From: Longimicrobiales bacterium
GTDB taxonomy: Bacteria > Gemmatimonadota > Gemmatimonadetes > Longimicrobiales > Gaopeijiaceae
Direction: 5' to 3'
Assembly (NCBI GenBank): GCA_965116095.1
Contig: OZ220481.1
Location: 1,525,192 to 1,589,191, forward strand
Length of the DNA stretch: 64,000 bases
Below, one piece after another: positions 1-8,134 of this stretch. Below the pieces are notes generated by a model. That model saw nothing but the letters and a program-made list of their open reading frames with translations. It had not been told where the DNA came from and searched no databases. The position numbers and the translations under genes were made by a program. Position 1 is the stretch's first letter, and each line of letters starts with the position of its first letter.

Positions 1-748
1 AGACGCTGCCGATCAGGATCGCAAGCCAGAGGAGCGTCCATCTGCGCCGGAGAAGAATCGCTCCGCCGGCAAGCAGGAGCGGAATGAGGTATCCGTAGAG
101 CCCCGCCGGCGACGGTCTCGCGCTCTCCAAGAGCAGGGGCGCACTGACGCCGCCCGCGTAGGCTAGGACCGAAAAGACTGATCGGTCGTACCTAAGCGCA
201 AGGTAGAAGGCCAGCGCCGAGACGGAGGCCAAGGCGGCGAAGGCCGCCCCGTAGGGAATGAGCGCATGCACCTCCCGCGCCGCGTAGCCCGAAAGGTAGA
301 GGATCGCGACCGCCAAACCGGAGCAGGCATAGCCGACCCAGCGCCTCCGGCTCTCCATCCAGCGTCCCGTGGCGAGCAGCGCCGCTCCCAGCAGAGCGCC
401 CAGCCCGACCTGCAGCCATGGAGTGATCCATCCTTGATCGAAGACGTACTTCACAAAGAAGCCCGCGGAGAGAAAAAGGAAGAGCGCGCCCACCAAGGGC
501 ACCCACCTCGCGCCCCGTCCGCGCAGCTTTCCGAGCCCCCTGCGGACGCCTGGCCACAGGAGGCGGGAGGGGTCCTTGCCCTTTCCCTTGTCCTTGCCTT
601 TTCCAGACCCGGGGCGCGGGCGCACAGTCTTCTTCCGCCCCGCTTCCAAGCGACGGACCCTCTCCTCCAGATCGAGGATGCGGCGCTCCGCCTCCGGCGG
701 GATCCGCGATGGATCCTCTTCGCGCGAAGGGCGGACCGGCTGGCTCAA
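1..748 (-). CDS. DUF2339-like polytopic membrane protein, C-terminal part runs off the window start. It has an N-terminal coiled-coil (EAERRILDLEERVRRLEAGRKK), a Lys/Gly-rich linker, then multiple TM helices (WVPLVGALFLFLSAGFFVKYVF...).
   Basis: My own translation of the minus strand. That reading frame is not in the supplied ORF list below about 560. Hydrophobic helices and a coiled-coil N-terminus. Candidate TTG start at 748..746 preceded by AAGGAGG. Start is uncertain. Confidence 0.45.
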   Translation of the reverse strand, partial: MSQPVRPSREEDPSRIPPEAERRILDLEERVRRLEAGRKKTVRPRPGSGKGKDKGKGKDPSRLLWPGVRRGLGKLRGRGARWVPLVGALFLFLSAGFFVKYVFDQGWITPWLQVGLGALLGAALLATGRWMESRRRWVGYACSGLAVAILYLSGYAAREVHALIPYGAAFAALASVSALAFYLALRYDRSVFSVLAYAGGVSAPLLLESARPSPAGLYGYLIPLLLAGGAILLRRRWTLLWLAILIGSV

Positions 749-776
749 GCGGGCCGTCCCCTCCTTCCCGACGCCG

Positions 777-3644
777 CTACGACACGCCTCCGGAGCGAAT
801 CTCCAGCCCCAAGGTCTTGCCCTTCTCCAGGGCGGGCACTCCTTCCTCCAGCCAGACCGGAGCGGGCGCGTCCTTGAGGTAGTGGTCGAAGAACTGCTGC
901 ATGCGGACCGCCCAGTCCTTTTGGTTTGCCGCGCGCCGGAGTCCGTGCGCCTCCCCGTTGTAGTTGAGCATCCAGACCGGCTTGCCCAGCCTCCGCATCG
1001 CCACGAACATCTCAATCCCCTGATACCAAGGGACCGCCCCGTCCTCGTCATTGTGGAGCATCAGCAGCGGCGTGCGGATCTTATCGGCGAAGAAGAGGGG
1101 GGAGTTGTGCAGGTACTCGGCGGTGGCGTCCCAGAGGGTGGCGCCGATCCGGCTCTGCGTGCGCTCGTACTGGAACATGCGGCTCATCCCGGTTGCCCAG
1201 CGTATTCCGCCGTAGGCGCTCGTCATGTTGCTGACGGGAGCGCCGGCTTCGGCGGCTGCGAAGAGGTCCGTCTTCGTGATCATGTACGCAATCTGGTACC
1301 CGCCCCAGGAGTGTCCCTGCACGCCGACCCTCTTCGGGTCGACATATCCTTCCGCCAAGATGCTCAGCACGCCCGGCACGACCGCGTCCAGCGCGCTCTC
1401 GCCGGGATATCCGACCTCGTAGGGGATGTCCGGGATGAAGACGACGTAGCCTCGGCTGGCATAGAAGGACACCGAGATGGAGGAGCCGCCGGGTCTGGGG
1501 CTTCGGTACTGATGCAGGCCGTCGGACATGCGCTCGTAGAAGTAGACCATCATCGGGTAGTCGCGGCTCTCGTCGAACCCGTCCGGCTTCACGAGAATTC
1601 CCTGAAGCGGCGCGCCGTCGTTTGAAATCCAGCTGACGAGCTCCGCCGATCCCCAGCGCGCCTCCGCCTGCTGGGGATTCGCGTCCGAAAGGCGGAGAAG
1701 ATTCTCAAAGTCCGGCCCCGTCGCCCAGAGATCGGGAAATTCCCGGAAGTCCTCGCGCGTGACGAGCCAGCGGTCCGCATCCTTCGCTTTGCCGCGAAGG
1801 CGGAATCTCTTGTCCTCCATCAGCAGCGGAGTTGGCGCTGCGGGCCGGTCCGTCCGTCCCTTGTGAAATCCAGACGCCTTGTTGGAAAGGTGGAACGCTT
1901 CCCAGACGGCCTCGCCCTCGGGAGCAAAGGGATCCTCGGGATCCATTCGAGCAAGCCGGTACCGCACGCCGGTCGCGCGTCCCCGCCCCGCCGTGACGGA
2001 CTGGACCTCGCCGGTCTCGGGCTCGAAGCGCCAAACATCGAAGCGGTCGTAGAAGAGAAGCGCCTCTTCCCCCTTGGTCCAGCCCGCAGCGCCGTAGGGG
2101 GGAGGAATATCCGGGTCGTCGCTCAACTCGTTCCAAAGCGGCTGGCCGACTTCTTCCCCCACGGCCCGCGTCTTTCCGCTCTCCATATCGGCGACGATCC
2201 AGCGTTTCGCGTCGCCGTCCCACCAATGGGCGTAACGCCCAGTCGGCGAGAGCGCGGCAAAGCCCTTCGTCTTCTCCGCGATCCGCCTCTTTGCGCCCGT
2301 CCGCGCGTCGACCGCGTACAGGTCGGAGTATCTCCCGTCCCACGAAACCAGCTGCCTATAGAGAAGATCGCTCGTGCCCAGGTACCATCCGCCTCCCTCC
2401 GCCGGAGGCCGGATGCCGGGCACATCCTCGCTCCCCAGCTGGACCACGCGGCCATCCTCCAGATGCACGATCGCCAAGTAGCTCCGGTTGCGCTCGCGCT
2501 CCAGCTGCCTGAGCTGCATCGGCTGGAGGTACGGATCCTTCCAGTTCCAGATGTCCAGACGCACCCGGTCCTCGTCCAAGACGCCGTCTTCGGGCTCGGA
2601 CTCTTGCCGGGGCGCCGTGCCGAAGCGCAGCTCTTGTCCGTCCTTGGAAAACGCGATGTCGCCGTGCTCGCTGACCGTCCATCCGTCCGGGAGCGCCTCG
2701 GACGCGGAGGAGGCGCGCGCCGCGGCTTCAAAGCCCGGCGCCGAAGCATGATAGACGCTGAATTCACCGTCCTCGGAGCCCTCTTCGCCGCGATCCGCCC
2801 GGTCGCTCAGGAACGCGACCTGCGTCCCGTCCCTCGAAAGCGCGAGCTGCGCGTACCTGCCCTCCCCGGACGCGACCGCAAAGGAGCGAGGGCCTTCTTC
2901 GTCCAGCGCGAGAACCGTGACCCCGTCCGCCGCGCCGTCCGTGCTCGAAGCGGCGAAGGCGAGCGTTTCGGACTCTTCGGCAAAGACGTATTCGGTCGCG
3001 AATTCATAGCGAAAGCGCGCGCCCGACTCGAGAGACAGCGCGATCAGAGAGGAGCCCGCCTCCTTGGATGCCCCGGCCCCGCGCCCGGGCCCTCCTTCGG
3101 CAGGCGCCTCCTCCTCCGCGCCCTCCTCCCCTTCTTCGCCCTCCGCGTCTTCGGCTTCCGGCTCCTCCGTCGGTTGAAATGCCGCCCAAGCGCCCGTGGG
3201 CGCAGCCTTCCAGCTTTTTACCTCGCCCGCCCTGCGCGCCTCTCCTCCCCCTGCGCCGATTTCGTCCAAGACGAAGTAGGCGAGGGTGTCCTTCGGAAGA
3301 TCGCTCCCCTTTGAGCCCTCCATCTTGAGCGAGTCCAAGACCGCATCCGCCGGCGGGATCCGAAAAACGAGGAATTTCGACCCGCTCGTGAAGACCGGCG
3401 CCGCGCCTCGGATCCTTGCCTCTTCGCTCCCCTCTACGCTGCGCACAACGAGGACTGGATCGCCCTCGTAGGGCGTGAGCGCGTACGCGACCCACCGCCC
3501 GTCCGGCGAGAGCTGCGGCTGGGCGATGCTTCGCCAAGCCAGCGCGTCATCGTGGTCAAGCGCCGGCGGCGCCTCTTGGGCGGCGAGCGGCGCCTGAAGG
3601 GCCGCGAACGCGAAGAGAGCGGTCAGCGGGTTCCTAAGGTTCAT
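777..3644 (-). CDS. S9 family serine peptidase (prolyl oligopeptidase / dipeptidyl aminopeptidase type) with an N-terminal beta-propeller region and a signal peptide
   Basis: GHSWGGY nucleophile-elbow motif, C-terminal alpha/beta hydrolase region with D and H. Acidic low-complexity insert (EEPEAEDAEGEEGEEGAEEE). Start moved from the ORF-track start to the ATG giving MNLRNPLTALFAFAALQAPLAAQ (signal peptide). Confidence 0.85.
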   Translation of the reverse strand: MNLRNPLTALFAFAALQAPLAAQEAPPALDHDDALAWRSIAQPQLSPDGRWVAYALTPYEGDPVLVVRSVEGSEEARIRGAAPVFTSGSKFLVFRIPPADAVLDSLKMEGSKGSDLPKDTLAYFVLDEIGAGGGEARRAGEVKSWKAAPTGAWAAFQPTEEPEAEDAEGEEGEEGAEEEAPAEGGPGRGAGASKEAGSSLIALSLESGARFRYEFATEYVFAEESETLAFAASSTDGAADGVTVLALDEEGPRSFAVASGEGRYAQLALSRDGTQVAFLSDRADRGEEGSEDGEFSVYHASAPGFEAAARASSASEALPDGWTVSEHGDIAFSKDGQELRFGTAPRQESEPEDGVLDEDRVRLDIWNWKDPYLQPMQLRQLERERNRSYLAIVHLEDGRVVQLGSEDVPGIRPPAEGGGWYLGTSDLLYRQLVSWDGRYSDLYAVDARTGAKRRIAEKTKGFAALSPTGRYAHWWDGDAKRWIVADMESGKTRAVGEEVGQPLWNELSDDPDIPPPYGAAGWTKGEEALLFYDRFDVWRFEPETGEVQSVTAGRGRATGVRYRLARMDPEDPFAPEGEAVWEAFHLSNKASGFHKGRTDRPAAPTPLLMEDKRFRLRGKAKDADRWLVTREDFREFPDLWATGPDFENLLRLSDANPQQAEARWGSAELVSWISNDGAPLQGILVKPDGFDESRDYPMMVYFYERMSDGLHQYRSPRPGGSSISVSFYASRGYVVFIPDIPYEVGYPGESALDAVVPGVLSILAEGYVDPKRVGVQGHSWGGYQIAYMITKTDLFAAAEAGAPVSNMTSAYGGIRWATGMSRMFQYERTQSRIGATLWDATAEYLHNSPLFFADKIRTPLLMLHNDEDGAVPWYQGIEMFVAMRRLGKPVWMLNYNGEAHGLRRAANQKDWAVRMQQFFDHYLKDAPAPVWLEEGVPALEKGKTLGLEIRSGGVS

Positions 3645-4023
3645 CAGACTTCTCCGGTTGCGCTCCGTCGGACGCGAACAGCCTCTCGTACAGAGCTTCG
3701 TTGAATCCCGCCACGAAGACGGTTCCCGCGCGGATCGAGGGCGCCCGGAGCTTTCCGGTCCGCCCAAAGATCGGCGAGAGCGCGTCATCTCCAAGGGGCG
3801 CGCCCTCGAGGTTGAAGGAAACCACCTTCTTGCCGCGAGTCGCATACAAGGTACGGACGCCGGAGAGGATCTTCCGCGCCTCGCTTCGGTCCACGGGCGC
3901 CTTCCCGGCGTGCCGCACCTCTCCGTCTCGTACGCCGTGCTTTGCAAGAAACTCTTGCGTGCGCTTGCAGCTGGTTCAGCCCGGCCGGTGGTAGCGCCAG
4001 GCGAGCTTCGGTTGATCGCTCAT
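3634..4023 (-). CDS. ArsC/Spx/YffB-family thioredoxin-fold protein with an in-frame TGA at codon 16. This is either a selenocysteine (UxxC) candidate or a recent pseudogene. The ORF track only reports the part after the TGA (3634..3918).
   Basis: Read through the TGA, the product is MSDQPKLAWRYHRPG-[TGA]-TSCKRTQEFLAKHGV...LRAPSIRAGTVFVAGFNEALYERLF, 129 codons. This aligns residue-for-residue with the Spx N-terminus ([21 protein letters not shown]), with the TGA on the first Cys of the CxxC motif. A GAGGAGG Shine-Dalgarno sequence sits just 5' of the ATG at 4023. The C-terminal motif is like the ArsC/YffB-family C-terminus. Confidence 0.4.
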
Positions 4024-4126
4024 CGCCTCCTCGCTCTCATTGGTCGCGCCGCCGCCAAGACGCGCTCCCTTCTCTCGTATGCCCTTTGATCAATGCGCCG
4101 GCGCAGCGCCGTTCCAAGCGTGCAAC

Positions 4127-7100
4127 CTAATTGCCCGCCTTGAGCATCGCTTCGCGCAGGCTCGCCGTCGTTTGAATTTCGTAGCGCCCCGCATCTCGGC
4201 CGCGAAACACCTCGGGCGGCGGCCCTTTCAGCAGAGCCCGCACGCTTCCGGTGGCCGGATCTCTCACGATCGTCACGGGTCGCGAATCGTCCGCCCCGAT
4301 TTGAACAAGGCCCTCGGGACCTTCCAGCTGAATGACGTCGATCCGCTCCGCCAGATCCCCCGCGAGCGGAACCGCAAAGAAGAAGTAACTGTCGCCGTAG
4401 GCCCCCGCATCCGGCTCAAACGCAAGCGAGCGCAGCGCGCGACCGGCCGCGTCCCGAAGGTCGACGCGGTAGGAGCCCGCCTCGGTCGGAAGCTGCGGCG
4501 CAGCCTCCAGGACAAGCGGACTCAGGAGCCTTAGCTCGCCGTCCAGGACGCCTCCCCGAAGGATGAGAGACCTCTCTTTCTCCGCAGCCGATCCCTCGTC
4601 CAGCGAAAATGCGGCGCGCCCTCCCCCTTCGGCCTCCTCCCGGTAGTCGATCACCTTCTCGTAGTTCCAGTCGCTCAGCCAATTCAGTCCCGACCGGTAG
4701 CAGTACCCCATGAAATCCCGGTATACCACCGGATCGACCAGCGCTTCCGAGCCGAAGTCGTAGCCCCAGACGCCGATCGCGCCGTCTACGTGCGGAAAGT
4801 CCGGGTCCGCGTCCGTCACGCCGCCGCACGGGGCGTGCACCAGATTCAAGCTGTGGCCCACCTCGTGGGCCAGCTCCATCGGCCACGGCTTCCCGATGCT
4901 CGCCCACCCCCCGAGTCTGGCCCTGCCCCGCACGTAGCCGTTGCGGCTTGCGCCGACTCCGTAGTAATAGCCCGTCTCTCCGTCGACCGCCCGAAGAAGC
5001 TCCATCTCAAGCACGAGCTCCCACTGACCCCCGTCGCTCGTGAGGTCCAAACCGGTGTAGTAGGGCTCGCGGGAACGGGCGGTAAACTCCCCGAAGGGAA
5101 AGCTGTTCCTGAACGGCGCCGTCTGCTCCCCCGTTCCGTCGATGCCGCCGACCCATTCCAAAGCCGAGGAATCCGGATCGACCGCCTCGAGAACGGGCAC
5201 GACGGTGAGCCGCATCGGCGGCGCGCGAATCACCTCGAGCGCACGCCGACCCGACTCCGGGAAGCGCGTCGAGCTTCCCTCCGAAAGCGGAATGCCGCCC
5301 GAGCGAAGCTCAACGACCAGCTCGGTCCCGGGCTCGAGCGCATGCCCCGGAATTACGGCGTTGTGGGAGTGCTCGAGCCCGGATTCGTCGAAGCGGACGG
5401 AAAGAAGGTCGGCCCTCCGCTCCGCCGTCGTCTCGAATACGCGCCGCCCGTCTCTGAAAAAGGTCGCGACCACCTCGGGCTCGAAGAACGCGCCATCCCG
5501 ATCCGCAACGACGAAGACGCGAAGGAGCGCGTCGCGCCCCGCAATGAGGCGCGTGTCCATGCCGGGACTCTGCACCGATTGAATGAGGTACGCCCAGGGG
5601 ATCCTCACCTTGACCTCCTCCACGTTTTCGCATCCCCGGCCGGAGTGGCTCCAGAGGCCTCGGAGCCACCTCTGAAACGAGGGCGCGGGCGAAGCGCAGA
5701 GCTCCGTGTCGGCGAAGTTGAAGGCGCGCAGTCCTCGAAGCTCCTTCATCGAGCGGGGCAAAACGCCGGAAAGCCCGTTGCGGCTCAGGTCAAGCCCCCT
5801 CAGCTCCGCAAGATGCGCGATCTCTCGGGGCACGCCGCCCGCCAGATCGTTTCCCGAAAGATTGATGCTGCGAAGCTCGGAGAGGTGGGCAAGCTCATGA
5901 GAGAGCGCGCCCGCCAGGCCGTTGTCCCTTAAGTCGAGCGCCACGACGCGGCCATCGCTTCTTCGCGCCGAGACGCCGTGCCACGCGCTGGGCGGAAGAG
6001 GCCCTCCCCAATGCCGGGCGTTCGACCATCCTTCTCCGTCCGTGTCTTCGAAGAGCCCCGCCAGGGCAAGACGCTCGACTTCCTCGTCATCGCAAAAACG
6101 CACCCAGTCCGGCTCCGCAAGCTCCTTCGCCCAGTCGCGCATCTCGCGGTTGCTCCGGGGAACGCACAGCCCGGACTCCGAGCTCTGAAAGGACTTCAGA
6201 CCCCCTTTATCGCGGATGCACGCCGGGACCACGCCCTTGAGCCGCGTGGACGAGATCCACAGGCGGCCCAGCGATCTCGCTCCGCGACAGAGCTTGGCGG
6301 AAAGCCGCCCGTCGATTCCGGTCGAGGTAAAATCCAATTTCTCCAGCGTTTCGATGTCCCACAGGGTTTCCGGAATCGACCCGGTCAGACCGGTTTCCGA
6401 CAAATCGAGCTCCTTCAGCCGGGAAAGGCGTCCAAATTCCCAGGGTATCGTCGAATCGATTTCAGAATTCCGATCCAAATACAGGCGCTCCAGACTCCGC
6501 AAGCCGCCCAGCTCCGGAGGGAGAGCGCCGCTCAGCCGGTTGCTGCCAAAACTCATGACCTTGAGCGAAGCAAGCGCCCCCAGCTCTTTGGGCAGCGGTC
6601 CGGTCAGACGGTTTCCGCTCAACTGCATGCTCTCCAGTTTGGCGAGCGCGCCCAGTTCGGGCGGAATCGGTCCTTCAAGGGCCGCGTTGTAGAGCCCGAG
6701 ATCCACGAGGCTCTCCATGCGTCCAAGCTCCTTCGGAAGCGGACCGCTCAGGTCGCTGTGCCCCAGATAAAGCCACTCCAGCTTCTTGAGCTGGCCCAAT
6801 TCGGGAGGAATCGATCCCTCAAGGGGGTTTTCGCCCAACCAGAGCACCTCCAGATTCTCGAGATTCCCCAGCTCCTTCGGGATGCCGCCCGTAATTTCCG
6901 CCCGAAGCGCGTGAAATCGGCGCAGCTTTGTGAGGTTTCCCAGCTCCGAAGGGATCGGGGCGCCGAAGGCATTCCCTGAGAGCGACAGCTCCTCTAAGCG
7001 GCTCAGCTCGCCCAATTGAGACGGGATCGGCCCCTCAAGCGCGTTGCCGTAGAGTTCCAGAACTCGTAGCGCCGGCAGCTGCGAAATGGACGCCGGGATC

Positions 7101-8134
7101 GAGCCGCTCAAGCCGTTGTAGGTGAGCGTTAAGGTATCAAACGCCTCAAGCGGGGACGGAATCTCCGGTATTTCGCCCCGAAGATTCTCATTTTCCGCAA
7201 TGGTCAGACGCTTCAACCGGGAGAGATCCCAGATGGAAGACGGAAGCTCTCCGTCCAAGCCGTTGGCCACTAGGGACAGCCGAGTCACGAACCCCGCGGA
7301 GTCGGCTTCGACGCCCCGCCACTGGCTGATCGGCGCTTCCGTGAGCCAGTGCTCTCGCCGTCTCCACCCCTCGCCTCCCGTCGCCTCGTACAACTCTCGC
7401 AGCGCCTCCCGATCCGGCGTGATCGGAAGACAGACCACGACGCGATCGCCTTCGTTTTCGATCGACCTGAGCCACTCCAGCATCTCTCGCGGCAGACACA
7501 GTCCGCTCGCGTCGAACCAGAAGGTGCGCAAGCTGAGATCTTGAAGCCAAAGCGGAAGGACGCCCTTCATCTGCGTATTCGCCGCGTCGAGAAACTCAAG
7601 CTTCTTCAGGCCGGCAAGAGAATCCGGGAAGTTGCCCGAGATGCCCGTGTCGTTCAAGGGCAGCCGGCGGAGCTCCCCAAGGCCGCCCAGCGCGCCTGGA
7701 AGGGCTCCGGCAAGCTCCGGGTTATAGCTCAGGTCGAGCGCTTGAAGACCTTCCAAGTCGCCGACTTCAGGGGGGAGTTCGCCCCTCAGGTTGTTCTCGT
7801 ACAGCTCTAGACGGCTTACCCGCCCGTCGTCCCGCACCCAGACGTTTGCCCAATCGGCGAGCGGCGCGTCGGTGAGCCAACCGGTCTTGCGCGCCCAACC
7901 GGGACCGCCCAGCGCATTGTACATCGCCACGAGAGCCGCCCGGTCGGCTTGAACCAAACGAACGCCATCGCGCGCGTCCGCAACCTCCGGCGCGACGGCC
8001 GAGCGGTCCGGGCTGCACGACGCCGCTGCCGCCAAGGTCAAACACGCCCAGGTTGTTGAACGGCGACGAGACCGGTTGGCCTCGCGCCCTCGCCTAGGCG
8101 CCCCGCCAAACCCCCGCTCCGCGACAGTCGTCAC
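4127..8134 (-). CDS. Large lipoprotein-like secreted protein. It has three plant-type leucine-rich-repeat modules, each headed by an LRRNT-like cap, followed by a C-terminal metzincin-like zinc metallopeptidase domain.
   Basis: 24-residue LxxLxLxxNxLxGxIPxxLGxLxxL repeats. Three caps of the form LxxLYxATxGxxW...W.GV. HEVGHSLNLVH fits the HExxHxxGxxH metzincin pattern with N at the Gly position, as in pappalysin/M43. The ORF-track start (GTG at 8224) overlaps the upstream gene. I propose GTG at 8134, which overlaps the upstream TGA stop as GTGA, giving an N-region and hydrophobic stretch ending AAASC (lipobox-like). Confidence 0.7.
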   Translation of the reverse strand: MTTVAERGFGGAPRRGREANRSRRRSTTWACLTLAAAASCSPDRSAVAPEVADARDGVRLVQADRAALVAMYNALGGPGWARKTGWLTDAPLADWANVWVRDDGRVSRLELYENNLRGELPPEVGDLEGLQALDLSYNPELAGALPGALGGLGELRRLPLNDTGISGNFPDSLAGLKKLEFLDAANTQMKGVLPLWLQDLSLRTFWFDASGLCLPREMLEWLRSIENEGDRVVVCLPITPDREALRELYEATGGEGWRRREHWLTEAPISQWRGVEADSAGFVTRLSLVANGLDGELPSSIWDLSRLKRLTIAENENLRGEIPEIPSPLEAFDTLTLTYNGLSGSIPASISQLPALRVLELYGNALEGPIPSQLGELSRLEELSLSGNAFGAPIPSELGNLTKLRRFHALRAEITGGIPKELGNLENLEVLWLGENPLEGSIPPELGQLKKLEWLYLGHSDLSGPLPKELGRMESLVDLGLYNAALEGPIPPELGALAKLESMQLSGNRLTGPLPKELGALASLKVMSFGSNRLSGALPPELGGLRSLERLYLDRNSEIDSTIPWEFGRLSRLKELDLSETGLTGSIPETLWDIETLEKLDFTSTGIDGRLSAKLCRGARSLGRLWISSTRLKGVVPACIRDKGGLKSFQSSESGLCVPRSNREMRDWAKELAEPDWVRFCDDEEVERLALAGLFEDTDGEGWSNARHWGGPLPPSAWHGVSARRSDGRVVALDLRDNGLAGALSHELAHLSELRSINLSGNDLAGGVPREIAHLAELRGLDLSRNGLSGVLPRSMKELRGLRAFNFADTELCASPAPSFQRWLRGLWSHSGRGCENVEEVKVRIPWAYLIQSVQSPGMDTRLIAGRDALLRVFVVADRDGAFFEPEVVATFFRDGRRVFETTAERRADLLSVRFDESGLEHSHNAVIPGHALEPGTELVVELRSGGIPLSEGSSTRFPESGRRALEVIRAPPMRLTVVPVLEAVDPDSSALEWVGGIDGTGEQTAPFRNSFPFGEFTARSREPYYTGLDLTSDGGQWELVLEMELLRAVDGETGYYYGVGASRNGYVRGRARLGGWASIGKPWPMELAHEVGHSLNLVHAPCGGVTDADPDFPHVDGAIGVWGYDFGSEALVDPVVYRDFMGYCYRSGLNWLSDWNYEKVIDYREEAEGGGRAAFSLDEGSAAEKERSLILRGGVLDGELRLLSPLVLEAAPQLPTEAGSYRVDLRDAAGRALRSLAFEPDAGAYGDSYFFFAVPLAGDLAERIDVIQLEGPEGLVQIGADDSRPVTIVRDPATGSVRALLKGPPPEVFRGRDAGRYEIQTTASLREAMLKAGN

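Noticed and set aside
576-3314. Long ORFs on the plus strand (576..1625, 1863..3314) overlapping the S9 peptidase gene. Similar antisense or overlapping ORFs occur throughout (e.g. 9455..11068, 36939..38510, 38703..40151, 42219..43361, 49136..50497).
   Set aside because: Arg/Pro/Ala/Gly-rich translations typical of stop-codon-poor alternative frames in about 68 % GC DNA. No motifs, and each overlaps a well-supported gene.
3658-4130. Plus-strand ORFs 3658..4089, 3701..3994, 3942..4130 in the apparent gap upstream of the S9 peptidase
   Set aside because: The region is better explained by the minus-strand ArsC/Spx-family gene (3634..4023). The plus-strand translations are low-complexity.
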